In this document: positions 50,901-62,000 of the stretch, piece by piece
How positions within the stretch are numbered: the first letter of the stretch is position 1
How the letters are laid out: each line of letters begins with the position of its first letter
From: Bugula neritina
Lineage: Eukaryota; Animalia; Bryozoa
Length of the DNA stretch: 64,000 bases
Assembly (NCBI GenBank): GCA_964035545.1
Contig: OZ037770.1
Span: 10,484,973-10,548,972 of the forward strand
Direction: 5' to 3'
Notes under the pieces: generated by a model
What the model was told of the DNA's origin: nothing
The model's input: the letters and a program-made list of their open reading frames with translations, nothing else
Databases searched by the model: none
Made by a program: the position numbers and the translations under genes

Positions 50901-53900
50901 CTAAATATCAAATAGATTAGACCAACACCAAGCAATGTTGAAGCTCTAAAGAATTACCGATGTCATGACTATATGACATAAAGACTTTGAGTTTCATTAA
51001 AAGATTAGCATAACAGTTTTTACAGCATCAACAGTGCTTTGAAAACCTAATCAAACTGTATATGTCAAGTAACACAGTTATACCTCTACATGCAAGTAAC
51101 GTGGCTAAACTTCAACAAACCTCGAAATGTAGCTTGCATTTGGAATGGAAGTCCCAAGTGAAGCCTGTGCCACATGTCTTATTGTGATTGGAGAACTCGT
51201 TGAGCAAGGCCGTTAGAAGGCCACAGGCTATAAGTTGCTAAAAAGTATTCAAGGTAAAATAATATAACAACTTGTCCATTAAAAGCAAAGTGAATCCAAC
51301 AGTAGTACCCATTCTGCAACTTCTAGCTAAGAGAATATTCCACATAGTTTTCAATAGAATGTTTTAGAGCATTTAGGAAGCCTGGTTTAGAAATCTTCTA
51401 GAAAAATCTAAATAGAGTGAGAATTGCTCTAAAGCACTCAACTATATAGTTCAACATAGTATGTGAAGCCAATAGATCCGTCGGAATTTCCAGGATTTAA
51501 AATATAATTAACAGAATTGATATGATAGTGCATTTTGCACTAGAAAAATGATAACAAGATAAACAAGTAAATAAGTTCTTACATAGCATGGGTATTTAGA
51601 GTTGTCTACACACAAAACAAAATAAGGGTCGTGAAGTAGATTACTGTAAGCTGTAAAGGACTGCGAGCATTGGCATCCAATCAAATATAATTATTACAAC
51701 TATTGCAAAATTAATAAGACTGGGCGAGTTTAACTAACGACCACATGAAGAAAATTGTTAGTTGAAAACCTGAACCTCTTTTTACTCACACCACATTTGA
51801 ATAATAAAATGGTATGAAGCCCATACAATAACAGTCTTTTTTCACTAATTTTCCAAATATTTAATAAAATATAAGGATATAAGTTAATATAACCTATAAA
51901 ATTACACAGGGAGGCATAATTCAGGTGTATAAAAGTCAAAAGCGGAAAGATTAACCCAGCATAGACTAAGAGTTATTAACCTAGCATAGACTGAGAATTA
52001 TTAACCCAGCATAAACTAAGAGTTATCAACCCAGCATAGACTAAGAGTTATTAACATAGCATAGACTGAGAATTATTAACCCAGCATAGACTAAGAGCCA
52101 TTCTCACCAGAGAGATGTTAGAAGTCTGCATGAGCTGAGAAACTTCATCAAAGATTTTACTACTGGTTGTGTTCTCAGTGTCTAAAATTCCCCTCTTAAT
52201 AATGAGAGCCAGGGCCCGGAATATCTCCTCCCTAACGTAGGGCGTCAGGCTAAAATGTACATAAACACTAAACAGATATATTTCTTGTTGAAAACTCTAA
52301 TGCATGACAGCATTGTGGGTGGCCTTATCAACTCAACGATTTTTTAGATGTCAGTTCTTTAAAAGAAATAAGTGTACACATATATTTATGAAAATGCTGC
52401 ATGGCACATGAACAGAAAAATATTTTTCTCGAGCCCAATAATCAGAAAACAAAATATCATACATTCAGCAATGCATACCCAATCCAAGATTAGATTTATT
52501 TAAAAGGATGACCAAAATTGATAATAAAAATAGAAAAAAATAAAAACATTACTATGTAGCCATTCAATATACAATATAAACGTACATTTGGTGATATTAG
52601 TTGACAACCTGGAGAGTATGCTTTAGTTAAAGAAGCTGGCTAATAACACAATGGATGTATAAAGGACAATATGTGACAAACCTCAAGTTAGTTGTGACAT
52701 AATTGAGTAAGAAAAGTCGTAGCTGTTCGATGATGTTGGTGGACAAACAAGTCCATTCTCTCAAAATGGATGTCTTGATGGTGCACACTGCTTGGAACTG
52801 CACGAAATTATTTCTACTGTTCTCTGCAAAATGTAAGTATGTGTTGGTATAACTGAGAGAGAGAGAGAGGGAGACGGAGAGGGAGAGGGAGAGGGAGGGG
52901 GAGAGACAACTTTACTAACTCAGCATAAAGTGAAAGAGAGTCAAATGGTAGGCACCGAGTACTTAGAAGTCTCAGTTTGGAGCTACATAGCAGAAACAAG
53001 TCTGTTCAACTGCCGAGAGGTGGGAAAGTATAGCAAAGTACTAAATTATGTTCAATTGGCAAACTTTTTGTTTATGAAACAAAGAAACTTACACTATATC
53101 ATAAGTGATGTTAATCGACCATTTTCAGAGGTCCCTGATATCCCCTTTACAATTAGGAGTTGTGTTCTCCCAAAGTGAATAGGCTGAACCTTTGTATAAA
53201 GAGCAAACTCATTAAAAATTTCAATTTTGGCTGCTAATAAAATTCCTATTATGCTATAGAACGGTTATTTTAGGAGATATATATTTTGGTATAAGCACAC
53301 TTCTTAGCAGTTCAAAATTTTTTTTATAAATATTTCTCTATGGATAATTTTGAAGAAAATAAACTGGAAAGCATTTTTGTGGTTTTGGTTACTGAGCAAT
53401 GCTGAAGTGGCACCAAACCCACAAAAATGTTCCCTTTCGGGAAGCCACAACTGTTAATTGTGAGGGGGAAAATTGGGGAGCTCTAAAAAAGGTCTTAAAG
53501 TTATAAGCTGCATTAAAGATAAACTATGCAGTTCCTAAGTTGTCAAACTAGCTCTTTCGTTTTATGTCATAAACACCTTTGTGTACGAAATGATGTAACA
53601 ATAGGCTCACCAAGTAGAAATCTGCATGTCTCATATGGGAATGCAGTTTTTCTGAACTCTAAGAATACTTTCTCTGCTTCTTTCCTCACATCTTTGGTAA
53701 CCACATTGGGTGCAGCCTGTGGAAACCAGAAAGTTCAACTCTGGCTGACTCACATCAAAAGAACAGTTTATTTTAATGTAAGGCTTATATAACTTTTGCT
53801 AAAACCATTTAATACCGTGATACTATTATTAGTAATAGCAATATTTATACTAATTGACTTTGGGTAATACTCATTACTCATAGTCATTACTCATTACTAA

Positions 53901-54534
53901 TCTTAATGGTAATACTAATACTAATAGTAATTATTATTATCAACTTGAACTACCATAACCATGCCCATTGGCAATTACAAACTATTATTATAATACAATC
54001 ACTAGGACTACTACGTCTGCTACTACTAGTACTTGTAGCAGTAGTAGCAGTGAACCTCTAATACTAATACTAATAGTAATCCTATACTTATATTTATATA
54101 CATACCTATAGTTATACTAACAGTAACACTAACAGTATGACTATGACTATGAGTATGAGTAATACTAATAGTAATGCTAACGCTCAACACTAACAGTAAC
54201 TGTCTAATACAGTAATACTAATAGTAATAGTAATACTAATACTAATAGTAATAATCATAATGATAACCTAATCACTAATTACTAAATTAATAATTACTAT
54301 TACTATTTATATTACTATTACTATTAGTATTAGTAATTAATAATAGCAAAATTAAATGTAATACTTTATTAAAAGTTTAAAATTGCTGCATCATTAACTT
54401 GAAGTCAAACAGTTAAACAATTAAAGTTTAACTCTAAGTTAAACTTAAAATTAAAAGTAAAAATTTATTTGTATTTTTACCAGCAAGACTTTGGCGCACT
54501 CCTCAAGCACGGGTAGCCTAAATTTTGTTTCCAT
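37912..54534 (-). CDS. XPO4: Exportin-4, ~1122 aa, 23 exons: 54481-54534, 53611-53716, 52682-52823, 52108-52249, 51121-51237, 50240-50396, 49638-49753, 49041-49186, 48501-48654, 47519-47675, 46913-47045, 46146-46276, 45511-45676, 45117-45276, 44273-44442, 43621-43789, 42762-43002, 42047-42199, 41540-41653, 40573-40795, 39453-39570, 39184-39276, 37912-38118
   Basis: The spliced frame (3369 nt) has XPO4-like motifs recognised from memory: LEECAKVLL, AEKVFLEFRK, YVREEIFRALALIIKRG, ACGLLTALLNEFS, YSDQL, YDDLHWLVLI, NLTVWSSEPD and C-terminal GLLCVT. All phases are consistent. Confidence 0.9.
38200..39064. mobile_element. MITE with ~50-bp TIRs in the last XPO4 intron
   Basis: CTCTGAGTTGGAGGTGACTGAGTGCAGTAGTTTGGGGTT vs AACCCCAAACTACTGCACTCAGTCACCCCTAACTCGGAG; exact ends and TSD uncertain (TA likely). 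Confidence 0.8.
39667..40315. mobile_element. PIF/Harbinger-like MITE (degenerate)
   Basis: ACCCCATTCATACATTGCCG..CCGTAAC vs GTTACGG..CGGCAATATGTGAACAGGGGGT inverted ends; TSD unclear. Confidence 0.55.
40930..41140 (-). mobile_element. tRNA-derived SINE
   Basis: Minus strand TGGTCAAGGGG (A box) and GGTTCAAACCC (B box); 3' motif shared with 25430 and 62335. Confidence 0.6.
43166..43313. mobile_element. 148-bp hAT MITE with AATTAC repeats
   Basis: TIR CAGGGTTGGGGT / ACCCCAACCCTG; perfect 8-bp TSD CAATGCAC. A left-end-only copy starts at 47703. Confidence 0.9.
43883..44214. mobile_element. Older hAT MITE related to 5048-6737
   Basis: Right end GGTTGGACACCCCTG is identical; left end CAGAGCTATCAAAC is degenerate; TSD ACCTAGAC/ATCTATAC (6/8). 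Confidence 0.7.
44530..45093. repeat. (TAG)n/(CAG) compound microsatellite, ~560 bp, in XPO4 intron 14
   Basis: Directly visible. Confidence 0.97.
45715..45830. repeat. Short-unit minisatellite (TAGTTGAAGCA.TACTA.ACAC)
   Basis: About five tandem units. Confidence 0.85.
46575..46785. repeat. ~31-bp minisatellite (CACATGTCAACTAACACTATGGCACTCATTG)
   Basis: About six tandem units. Confidence 0.9.
49754..50239 (-). other. U12-type AT-AC intron of XPO4
   Basis: 5' site ATATCCTTT, branch TTCTTTAACC (49766-49775), 3' AC; joins exons 6 and 7 in frame. Confidence 0.9.
51950..52098. repeat. ~25-bp minisatellite (ATTAACCCAGCATAGACTAAGAGTT)
   Basis: About six tandem units next to the XPO4 exon 4 donor. 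Confidence 0.88.
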
Positions 54535-56174
54535 AGATGCTTTTTAATTTTGTATAACTGAATGGTAGCCTTTTAAACTCAGGTATTGAGAGTGGCAGCA
54601 ACTATAGACACGGATAGCTTTAAAATAAATTAGAATGAATATTGTTATGTCTACAAAGTATAAGGAGACGAAAGAAATAACTTTATCATGGGTGAAAATT
54701 CTAACGGAAACATGTTATTCGGAGAAACCTTTATATGCACACCTGCCTTTAAACCTATCGCAAATCTGTCGTTAACTTACCGTTTAATAATGATTTATGA
54801 ATTAGTCTATTTTAAGCTGTTGCGATGTTTTTAGGAGTTGTCACCTTATAACCGAACCAATCACTACTTCACCCAAGGGTTAAAGTTCGCCATGCACTCC
54901 ACGATGAAATTAATATATCCGATGCTTTGGCAATATTTACTGCTCAGCTTTGTAGCAATGGACAGCTCTTTGAGCTTACTTTGGTGATAAGTGGCCGTAG
55001 CTCATAGCTGTAGGCATGTAAAAAGAAATATGAAAAAATATAGGCATATATGTGTACATGTATATACATATACTTATGTAGTTGTGCTGTTAGAATATTG
55101 TTATATTTGAATTATATAATGTGGTTGATTACTACTAAATAAAAAAAATATTATACAGCTCTAATCTACTTGACTTTAGTAAAGGAATTATAGTACTACA
55201 CACGTATATGCATGTATATGAATGTGTAATCGTGCATTCGTATATTACAAAAGTAAAATAAATAAGAAACAGAAAATTTTGTAATTACTCCTTATGTTAT
55301 ACAAAAATAACATAGATTATTATTTTGAACACACCTGCAGCTTCCATCTTCAGTGTCTGAAAATTAGAATTTAAAGTTACAGCATTATGTTAAATAAATT
55401 GCTGAATACCTGGAGGAGGTTGATAACTTATAGATGGCAATAAGAAAATAATTACAACAATAAAATTAATGGTGTACTTACATTGCTTTCATTATATTAT
55501 ATGGATATATATCAATGTTTTGATGTTCAAAAACAGGAGGTGGAGATGTATTGATACACATCAGCTTCTGTTGTACAGTATTTAATTCGAAAAACGTTAC
55601 CTCCATACGTATTATTTTACCAGTAACATTTTCATTTTCATATATATATATATGCAGGTTTTCTTTTGTTGCAGCTGCCCTAGTTATGTTTTGTTCAAAT
55701 ATATCGGCTATAATTCATGTGTTTTACTTAATTGTAACTTGGTTTTAATAAAAATTTAATAATCCAAATTTAAATTATAGTGTTTACAAAGTTTCATGTT
55801 ATTGGTTCAACAGCGCATTAATAATTAAAAATATATGTACTCCAGGCAAATATTTTTTGCCTGTAATTACAATTTATGCTTGTTTTGTAAAGTTAAACAA
55901 TAAGATACTGTGTCAACAGTTATGTATTGCTGAGGCGCTCTATTATTAGAAAAGCTTTTCTTAAAAAACATGACATAAAGTTAACTTTTGATATATGTAC
56001 ACAACATGTAAATGCAGTTTCTCCTAAGATAAACAACAAATGAAATGGCAGCTTAATTTATTTAATATAGATTTCTGTTACAACTCTTTATTTTCATGAT
56101 AAACAGAATGTTTTGTTGTTATGCTGAATTTAAAGATTGTTATATATTGTAATTTAAGTTAAACAAGTTGTATT

Positions 56175-56252
56175 ATGTGCCAGTGTCTACTTATTTCTGT
56201 GTTATGCTTCATTCTGTTTGTGTTCTTTATTTATGGTACAAACATAGCAGAG
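56175..56252 (+). CDS. Duplicated or alternative signal-peptide exon (MCQCLLISVLCFILFVFFIYGTNIAE)
   Basis: 78 nt, phase 0, ending ACATAGCAGAG|GTAT exactly like 59076-59153; upstream motifs TGTTATGCTGAATTTA and AGTTAAACAAGT are shared. Confidence 0.6.
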
Positions 56253-58094
56253 GTATATTGGCCTGGCCTCACGCTCGTGAGGATGACACAAAATTTGTTT
56301 GAATATCATTGTGAGTTATCCTCTCGTTATGACCAGCCACACACTTGTCGGACGAAACTCATAATAAATAGTCCGTGAATGAGTCTTGCACAAGATACAA
56401 GCAGCAGAAAATTGCCAAACCACTGAACTGAAACTAAAAGTTATAGTTCAATGCACTGAACTGAAACTATAACCCTTATTATAGGATTATAGTTCAATGG
56501 TTCAATGTGCCAAACAGAGAAACGTGGTAGAAATGAAATAATTAATGTTGCTAAAATTCTATTGACCAATCAAATGGTGTTTATTGTTGATTGCTATTTT
56601 TCGTCAATTGTTTTAGGTAGGTGCACCCAGCAAACACTATTTCCTTTGAATTCTCTCAAATTTGACCTTATGTTTGTTTTTTCTTGTCAAATAGACTATT
56701 TCGTGTGATTCCCAAAAGTTTACAGCCAGGCCTTTCTTAATTTTTTCAAAGCTATTATATTTTTAGTCGCTTTTAGTTGCGTGGCAAATCTAGCTGAGAA
56801 ATTATGTTTTAAAAAACAAATTGAACTCATAAAATGCCAACATTGCTGCGGTAGACAACTTCAAGTATTATAATTTTTATAGAGTCTTTATAGCTTTACT
56901 AAAAGAGCGTTCTCATTTTAAAAAGTCAAGTTTGAACTAGGTGATATACATTTCATTAGATTATTATATAACCATTTTAACTCATGTATGGACAAATTGC
57001 GGTTTGTTTGATTTATTTTGTTGTTTCCAAGTCTAAAAGGGAAAAAGTTATGTTATAATCAAAGTAAAGCTTATGCAAACAGAAGCTATAATATATAAAG
57101 CAAAGAAAAGTGTGATGGTCATCTAATAGTCAAGCCAGCATTCAGCATTGTGTTCAGTTTAGCATAGCGTTGCATTTAATTAGGTCACCGCATATTTTGA
57201 TTCCCACCTACGCTACGCTAGTTACCAGTACGCTTATTTGTTGATTAGATAGTTACATCATAGCAGCACTCTTGCCCATTGGCTGTGGCTTTATGCTTTG
57301 GCAGCCTGGATGTTGGCACAAACTTTGAACTAACCACTATAGTAGTAATAATATGTAGATTTCAAAAAGAGTTTGATGGTTTATTCAAACCCTACAAAAA
57401 GCTTGACATTTTACCACAATTTGTACCCGTTTTACAGATTTGGCTAAAAAATTGGAAACAACTTTAAGTCAGTGAAAGGGGCTAGAGTGTGCAAAAGACC
57501 AGCTATCTGAGCTGTGTAACAGTAGCCTTTCTTCTTATATGATAAATATGTATTAATATACATCAGTATTTACAAGTCTATAGCTCCCAGGCTACTCTTT
57601 TGCAAATAGCCTAAGGTAATAGTAGGTTTCTCAGCATCATTGATTAAAATATGTGAATTTAAAATAAAGACTGCAAGCTTTGTTTTACACATGTGCTTTG
57701 TACAGTGAATTAATTGAGATTCTAACCTTTGCAATGAAACTATCTAAGTTGCAAGAATTTAAATACATATATGTAATTCATTGACCCCAAACTCCAGTTC
57801 AACGTGTACATTGCAAGAAAATCTATATATGCTTTCATGTATATGTGCTTGAATTATTCTGTGTTTTACTATAGTTTGCAACTGTTGAGGGTATTGACAT
57901 GTTATTATAGAGTTTTTAATTTGTGATAATATACTGTGTAGTAGTCGAAGCAAGTATTCTATTATTCACAGTGTCGTCTCTACAAGTAGTAAGTATTTTT
58001 TGTGAGTTTTTCAATTGAGTTCTATTAAGGGCTTTTGCATCTGTCTAACTGTTCGCTTTGTTGGAAAGCTATATTATGTATATTGCATAAGATA

Positions 58095-58144
<50 letters not shown>

Positions 58145-58206
58145 AATATGCTTTAGTAAAACTATAAGTTTCTACTATTGCGAAGGTGTGGGCCATGGTA
58201 CTCTGT

Positions 58207-58253
58207 TCTGTGCTGATGAGGGGACAAACCCCGAAACAGCTGCTGTCCACAGA
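58207..58253 (+). ncRNA. Type I hammerhead ribozyme, copy 1 (predicted cleavage after C58247)
   Basis: Stem I TCTGTG/CACAGA; CTGATGA; stem II GGGG-ACAAA-CCCC; GAAA; stem III CAGC-T-GCTG; GTC cleavage triplet. Confidence 0.9.
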
Positions 58254-58478
58254 TTGAGATATTACGCTCTCATTTAATGCTCAGCAATGACATTAAATGA
58301 TTGAGCACTCTCACCATGGTCACAAACTCAAGCTGCTAGCATTTTGCAATGCTCGTGACTCCTAGGTGACCCCTAGAGTCACTTGAGCACTCTGGCTTGA
58401 GTTTACACACCTTTTAAATATGCTTTAGTAAAACTATAAGTTTCTACTATTGCGAAGGTGTGGGCCATGGTACTCTGT

Positions 58479-58525
58479 TCTGTGCTGATGAGGGGACAAA
58501 CCCCGAAACAGCTGCTGTCCACAGA
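58479..58525 (+). ncRNA. Type I hammerhead ribozyme, copy 2 (predicted cleavage after C58519)
   Basis: Identical to copy 1, offset by 272 nt. Confidence 0.9.
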
Positions 58526-58527
58526 TT

Positions 58528-58585
<58 letters not shown>

Positions 58586-59075
58586 TATATATATAATTAT
58601 ATATATATAATTATATATATATATATATAATAACTTAAATTTAATAGCAAAAAGCTCATAAATTACAATTGTCTTTAAATACTACTATAAACAATTCAAA
58701 TTTAAATAATGTTTACACAATTTTATGTAATTATAGCCTCAAAACTTATTAATAATTAACAGTGTATATATGTGTTGCTAGCTTGCTATGCTTGTTTTAA
58801 AATGTTAAGTAATATCTGCTCGATTGATCTAAATAAAGACAGTTTGCTCTTTGAAACATCACGAGAGGTTAAGCTTTGATGGAAACAATTGTGAGTAAAT
58901 GGAGCTGCTTTCAAGTTAAAGAATAGCGTATTTGGAATCGAAGTTTACATAATTTCACATTGATTACCGTTACATTTTTCTTTTAAATAGAACATAATCT
59001 TATCATGCTGTTATGCTGAATTTATAGTCTGTATCTTATGGCAGGCTACATGTACCCAGTTAAACAAGTAGCATA

Positions 59076-62000
59076 ATGTGGCAGTCTATATTCGTTTTTG
59101 CTTCATCATCTGCTCTGTTTCTGCTCCTTACCTGCAATACAGACATAGCAGAGGTATGTTCCTACTTTTCGGTTCGATGCTATCAAGAATGCATTTTTTA
59201 ATATAGATCTTAGTTAGTAGGTAAAAATGATGCTATAAATTAGCTTATTTTGAGAAAAAAATGTTTTGCATCAACTGTTAACATATTATTTGAAACAACA
59301 AGTTAGCACAACTTGAATGCATGGATGTAATTGTAAACTTTCAATTATTTTAGCATTTTTAGGTTCATTAATAAATAAACAATGATCACCTAATGAAAGT
59401 TTGAATTTAGTGACCTATATTTTACTATATTAGTAATATTAATATAACATATATAGCATATATAATATAGCATATAGAACCATTTTAATTTATGTATACA
59501 TGCAGAGGTTACTATATCAATAAGTTGATTTATTATAATAATATTGTTTCTATTAAATTATTTGTTTATCCAACTGAACACTTAAAAGTTGAAGTATGCT
59601 TTTACCTTTACCCATGCAACAAAAACATAATATATGTTTTGTATTGAAAAAGCCAAAATGGTGACTATATAATAATCTATTACAACAAGTATAATTGAGC
59701 ATTTGTTTTTGTTGAGGTTCAAATCTTAATTGTTCATTTGCTACCCAAAAGTATGTATTTATTTCATTGTTATTTAATCAGAAATTAATAACATTAATTA
59801 GTTTTCAAAATTATTTATATATCCAACAATTAATTTTGCATTAATTTCATTTAAACTTGCATTAATTTGTTTTTCTCAATCTTTCCCCATTGCTCTTCCT
59901 TCTTTTTCATTTTACTTTAAAAAGCTTGTAAATTAAAATGTAGCGATTGCATAGAAATTTCTTTTTTACTTTTTTGTAGCTTAATTATCTAGATCTGCAA
60001 TTCATACAACTTTCTGCAAAATTGATTCAAACAATTTGATTAAAAAAAATTTCTTGTAACTACAATGTTTTCAAAACTTAAAATCTTTCAAAATTTTGAG
60101 GATATATAGTGATATGAAACTGTTTGTATTTTTATATAAAGCACTTATAAAATAATTTTAGAAATTTTGCCAAGTGAGTTGATTTTTTTATAAATAGAGA
60201 GTTGTTATATCAATTCTATTTGCCTATTGACACAGAATTTGTTGCTTAAATTTAGAGTAATGATCATTTTTAGCAAAAAGTCAATTATATAGAGCCAATT
60301 ATGACTTATTTTTTATTTTTTAAAAAAAAATTATGAAGATAACTTAACTTATTCCAATCAAAAAAAATGTAAACTGTTTATTCCCTTTATTGTATAAATG
60401 CATGCAACATCACAGAGAACACTGAAAAAAGGAAAAATAGCCTTAATTCCATACTGCTCTTTATTCTACTTGCATAATTATATCTCCATAATGAATAAAT
60501 TATGATCTTAAAGAGTTGAGTCCAAAGCCATTTAAAACATATTTTAGTGCTTTGAGTAGCAAAATTCACATTTGATATTTAAAGAAAAATTGGTAGAAAA
60601 ACATCAGCCTTATTATGCTATGCTTCTATATACTATAATTATATAGTGATAAATACAGTTCGGTCATCTTTTGTACCTAAACGATAAAATCCAATTGAAA
60701 GCGCTGTTGCTCACTTACTATATATAGCAGAAAATATCTGTTAACATATGGTGTAGCGCTATTCTATACATTTTAAGATGTTTATCGGGCTGATAGCTGT
60801 TCTTTTATTAGCAAACAAGTATTAGTTACAGAAACATATATAATAGCTGCTAGAAAATCTTGGTTTGAAGCAACAGGTTTTTTTTGCACGAAAACTTTTA
60901 CTTCAAACAGCTCCGTGTGCAAATTGAACTACAATTTCGCTGAACTAAGAAATCAACCAAGAATCATTATGTACAGATTTAGATATAAAATATGTTTTGA
61001 CTTTTGTTATAGGCAAATATTAGGTCTATGCTGGTGCAGAAACAACCTAATGGTAGCTGTGTGTCCCAAGTTGAAGAGAAAGTACGAAATGTTCCTAGTT
61101 TGGCAAAGTGTGTGTCGAAATGCTTGAGTTCGGCAAGATATTGCCAAAGTGTCACATATGATAGCACCATCACCACCTGTTCAATGTCAAGAGAGACAAC
61201 TCTAAAACAGTGCGAAGAAGTGGACGTTTCCCTTGTAACCTACACTAAAATACAAGATACGGAGCCAATGATCAGTGCAACAACCACAATCCCTACCGAA
61301 ACAACTACAACTCCTACTACAATGACTACAACAACTACAACTTCTACTACAATGACTACAACTCCTACTACAACGACTACAACTTCTACTACAACGACTA
61401 CAACTTCTACTACAACAACTACAACTCCTACAACAACAACTACAACTCCTACTACAACAACTACAACTCCAACCACAACAACTACAACTTCTACTACAAG
61501 CACAACTCCTACTACAACTACAACAACCACTGTTCCCACTACAACAACGACAGTGCCTACTACAATCACAACATCCACGCTTACCTGTAAGAATGAGCAT
61601 GATATATTACACATTAAAAATGCACATCTTCCAACTGCATGTACATGTTTTGCACTTGTCACACAGTCACTCAAGGCAGATTTAGAATAAAAAACTGCTT
61701 TGTTCCGCAGACCAAAGCTTGTTTGTCACTTACGATGTCATGTGTTGAGATCACATTGGGATTGTTGTATATAATGTTACTATATGTTTGTATGTGTTAT
61801 ATTATAATGTTATATCAACATTCTACATCATTTGATATTACTATATTAAACCACATGTTAAACCGATATTGTACTATATTAGATTATATTACGATACGAT
61901 ATCATGCGATGCTACTATGTTATATCATGTATTGTTGCTACATGATGTTATATTATTTCATATTACTGTAATATGTATATTACGTATATGGCGATACTAT

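Larger units (their letters stand above)
58143..58534 (+). mobile_element. Retrozyme-like / Penelope-associated element: 1.44 units of a 272-bp monomer with 120-bp identical direct repeats, inside (TA)n
   Basis: 58143-58262 equals 58415-58534; each copy holds a hammerhead core; no ORF; (TA)n on both flanks. Confidence 0.85.

Noticed and set aside
54904-54987. Hydrophobic mini-ORF MKLIYPMLWQYLLLSFVAM... as a third signal exon
   Set aside because: Weak donor, wrong phase for 61013 and no homology to the other two exons.
61202-61674. Cys/Ser-rich and poly-Val ORFs on the minus strand
   Set aside because: Antisense shadows of the Thr-repeat exon.
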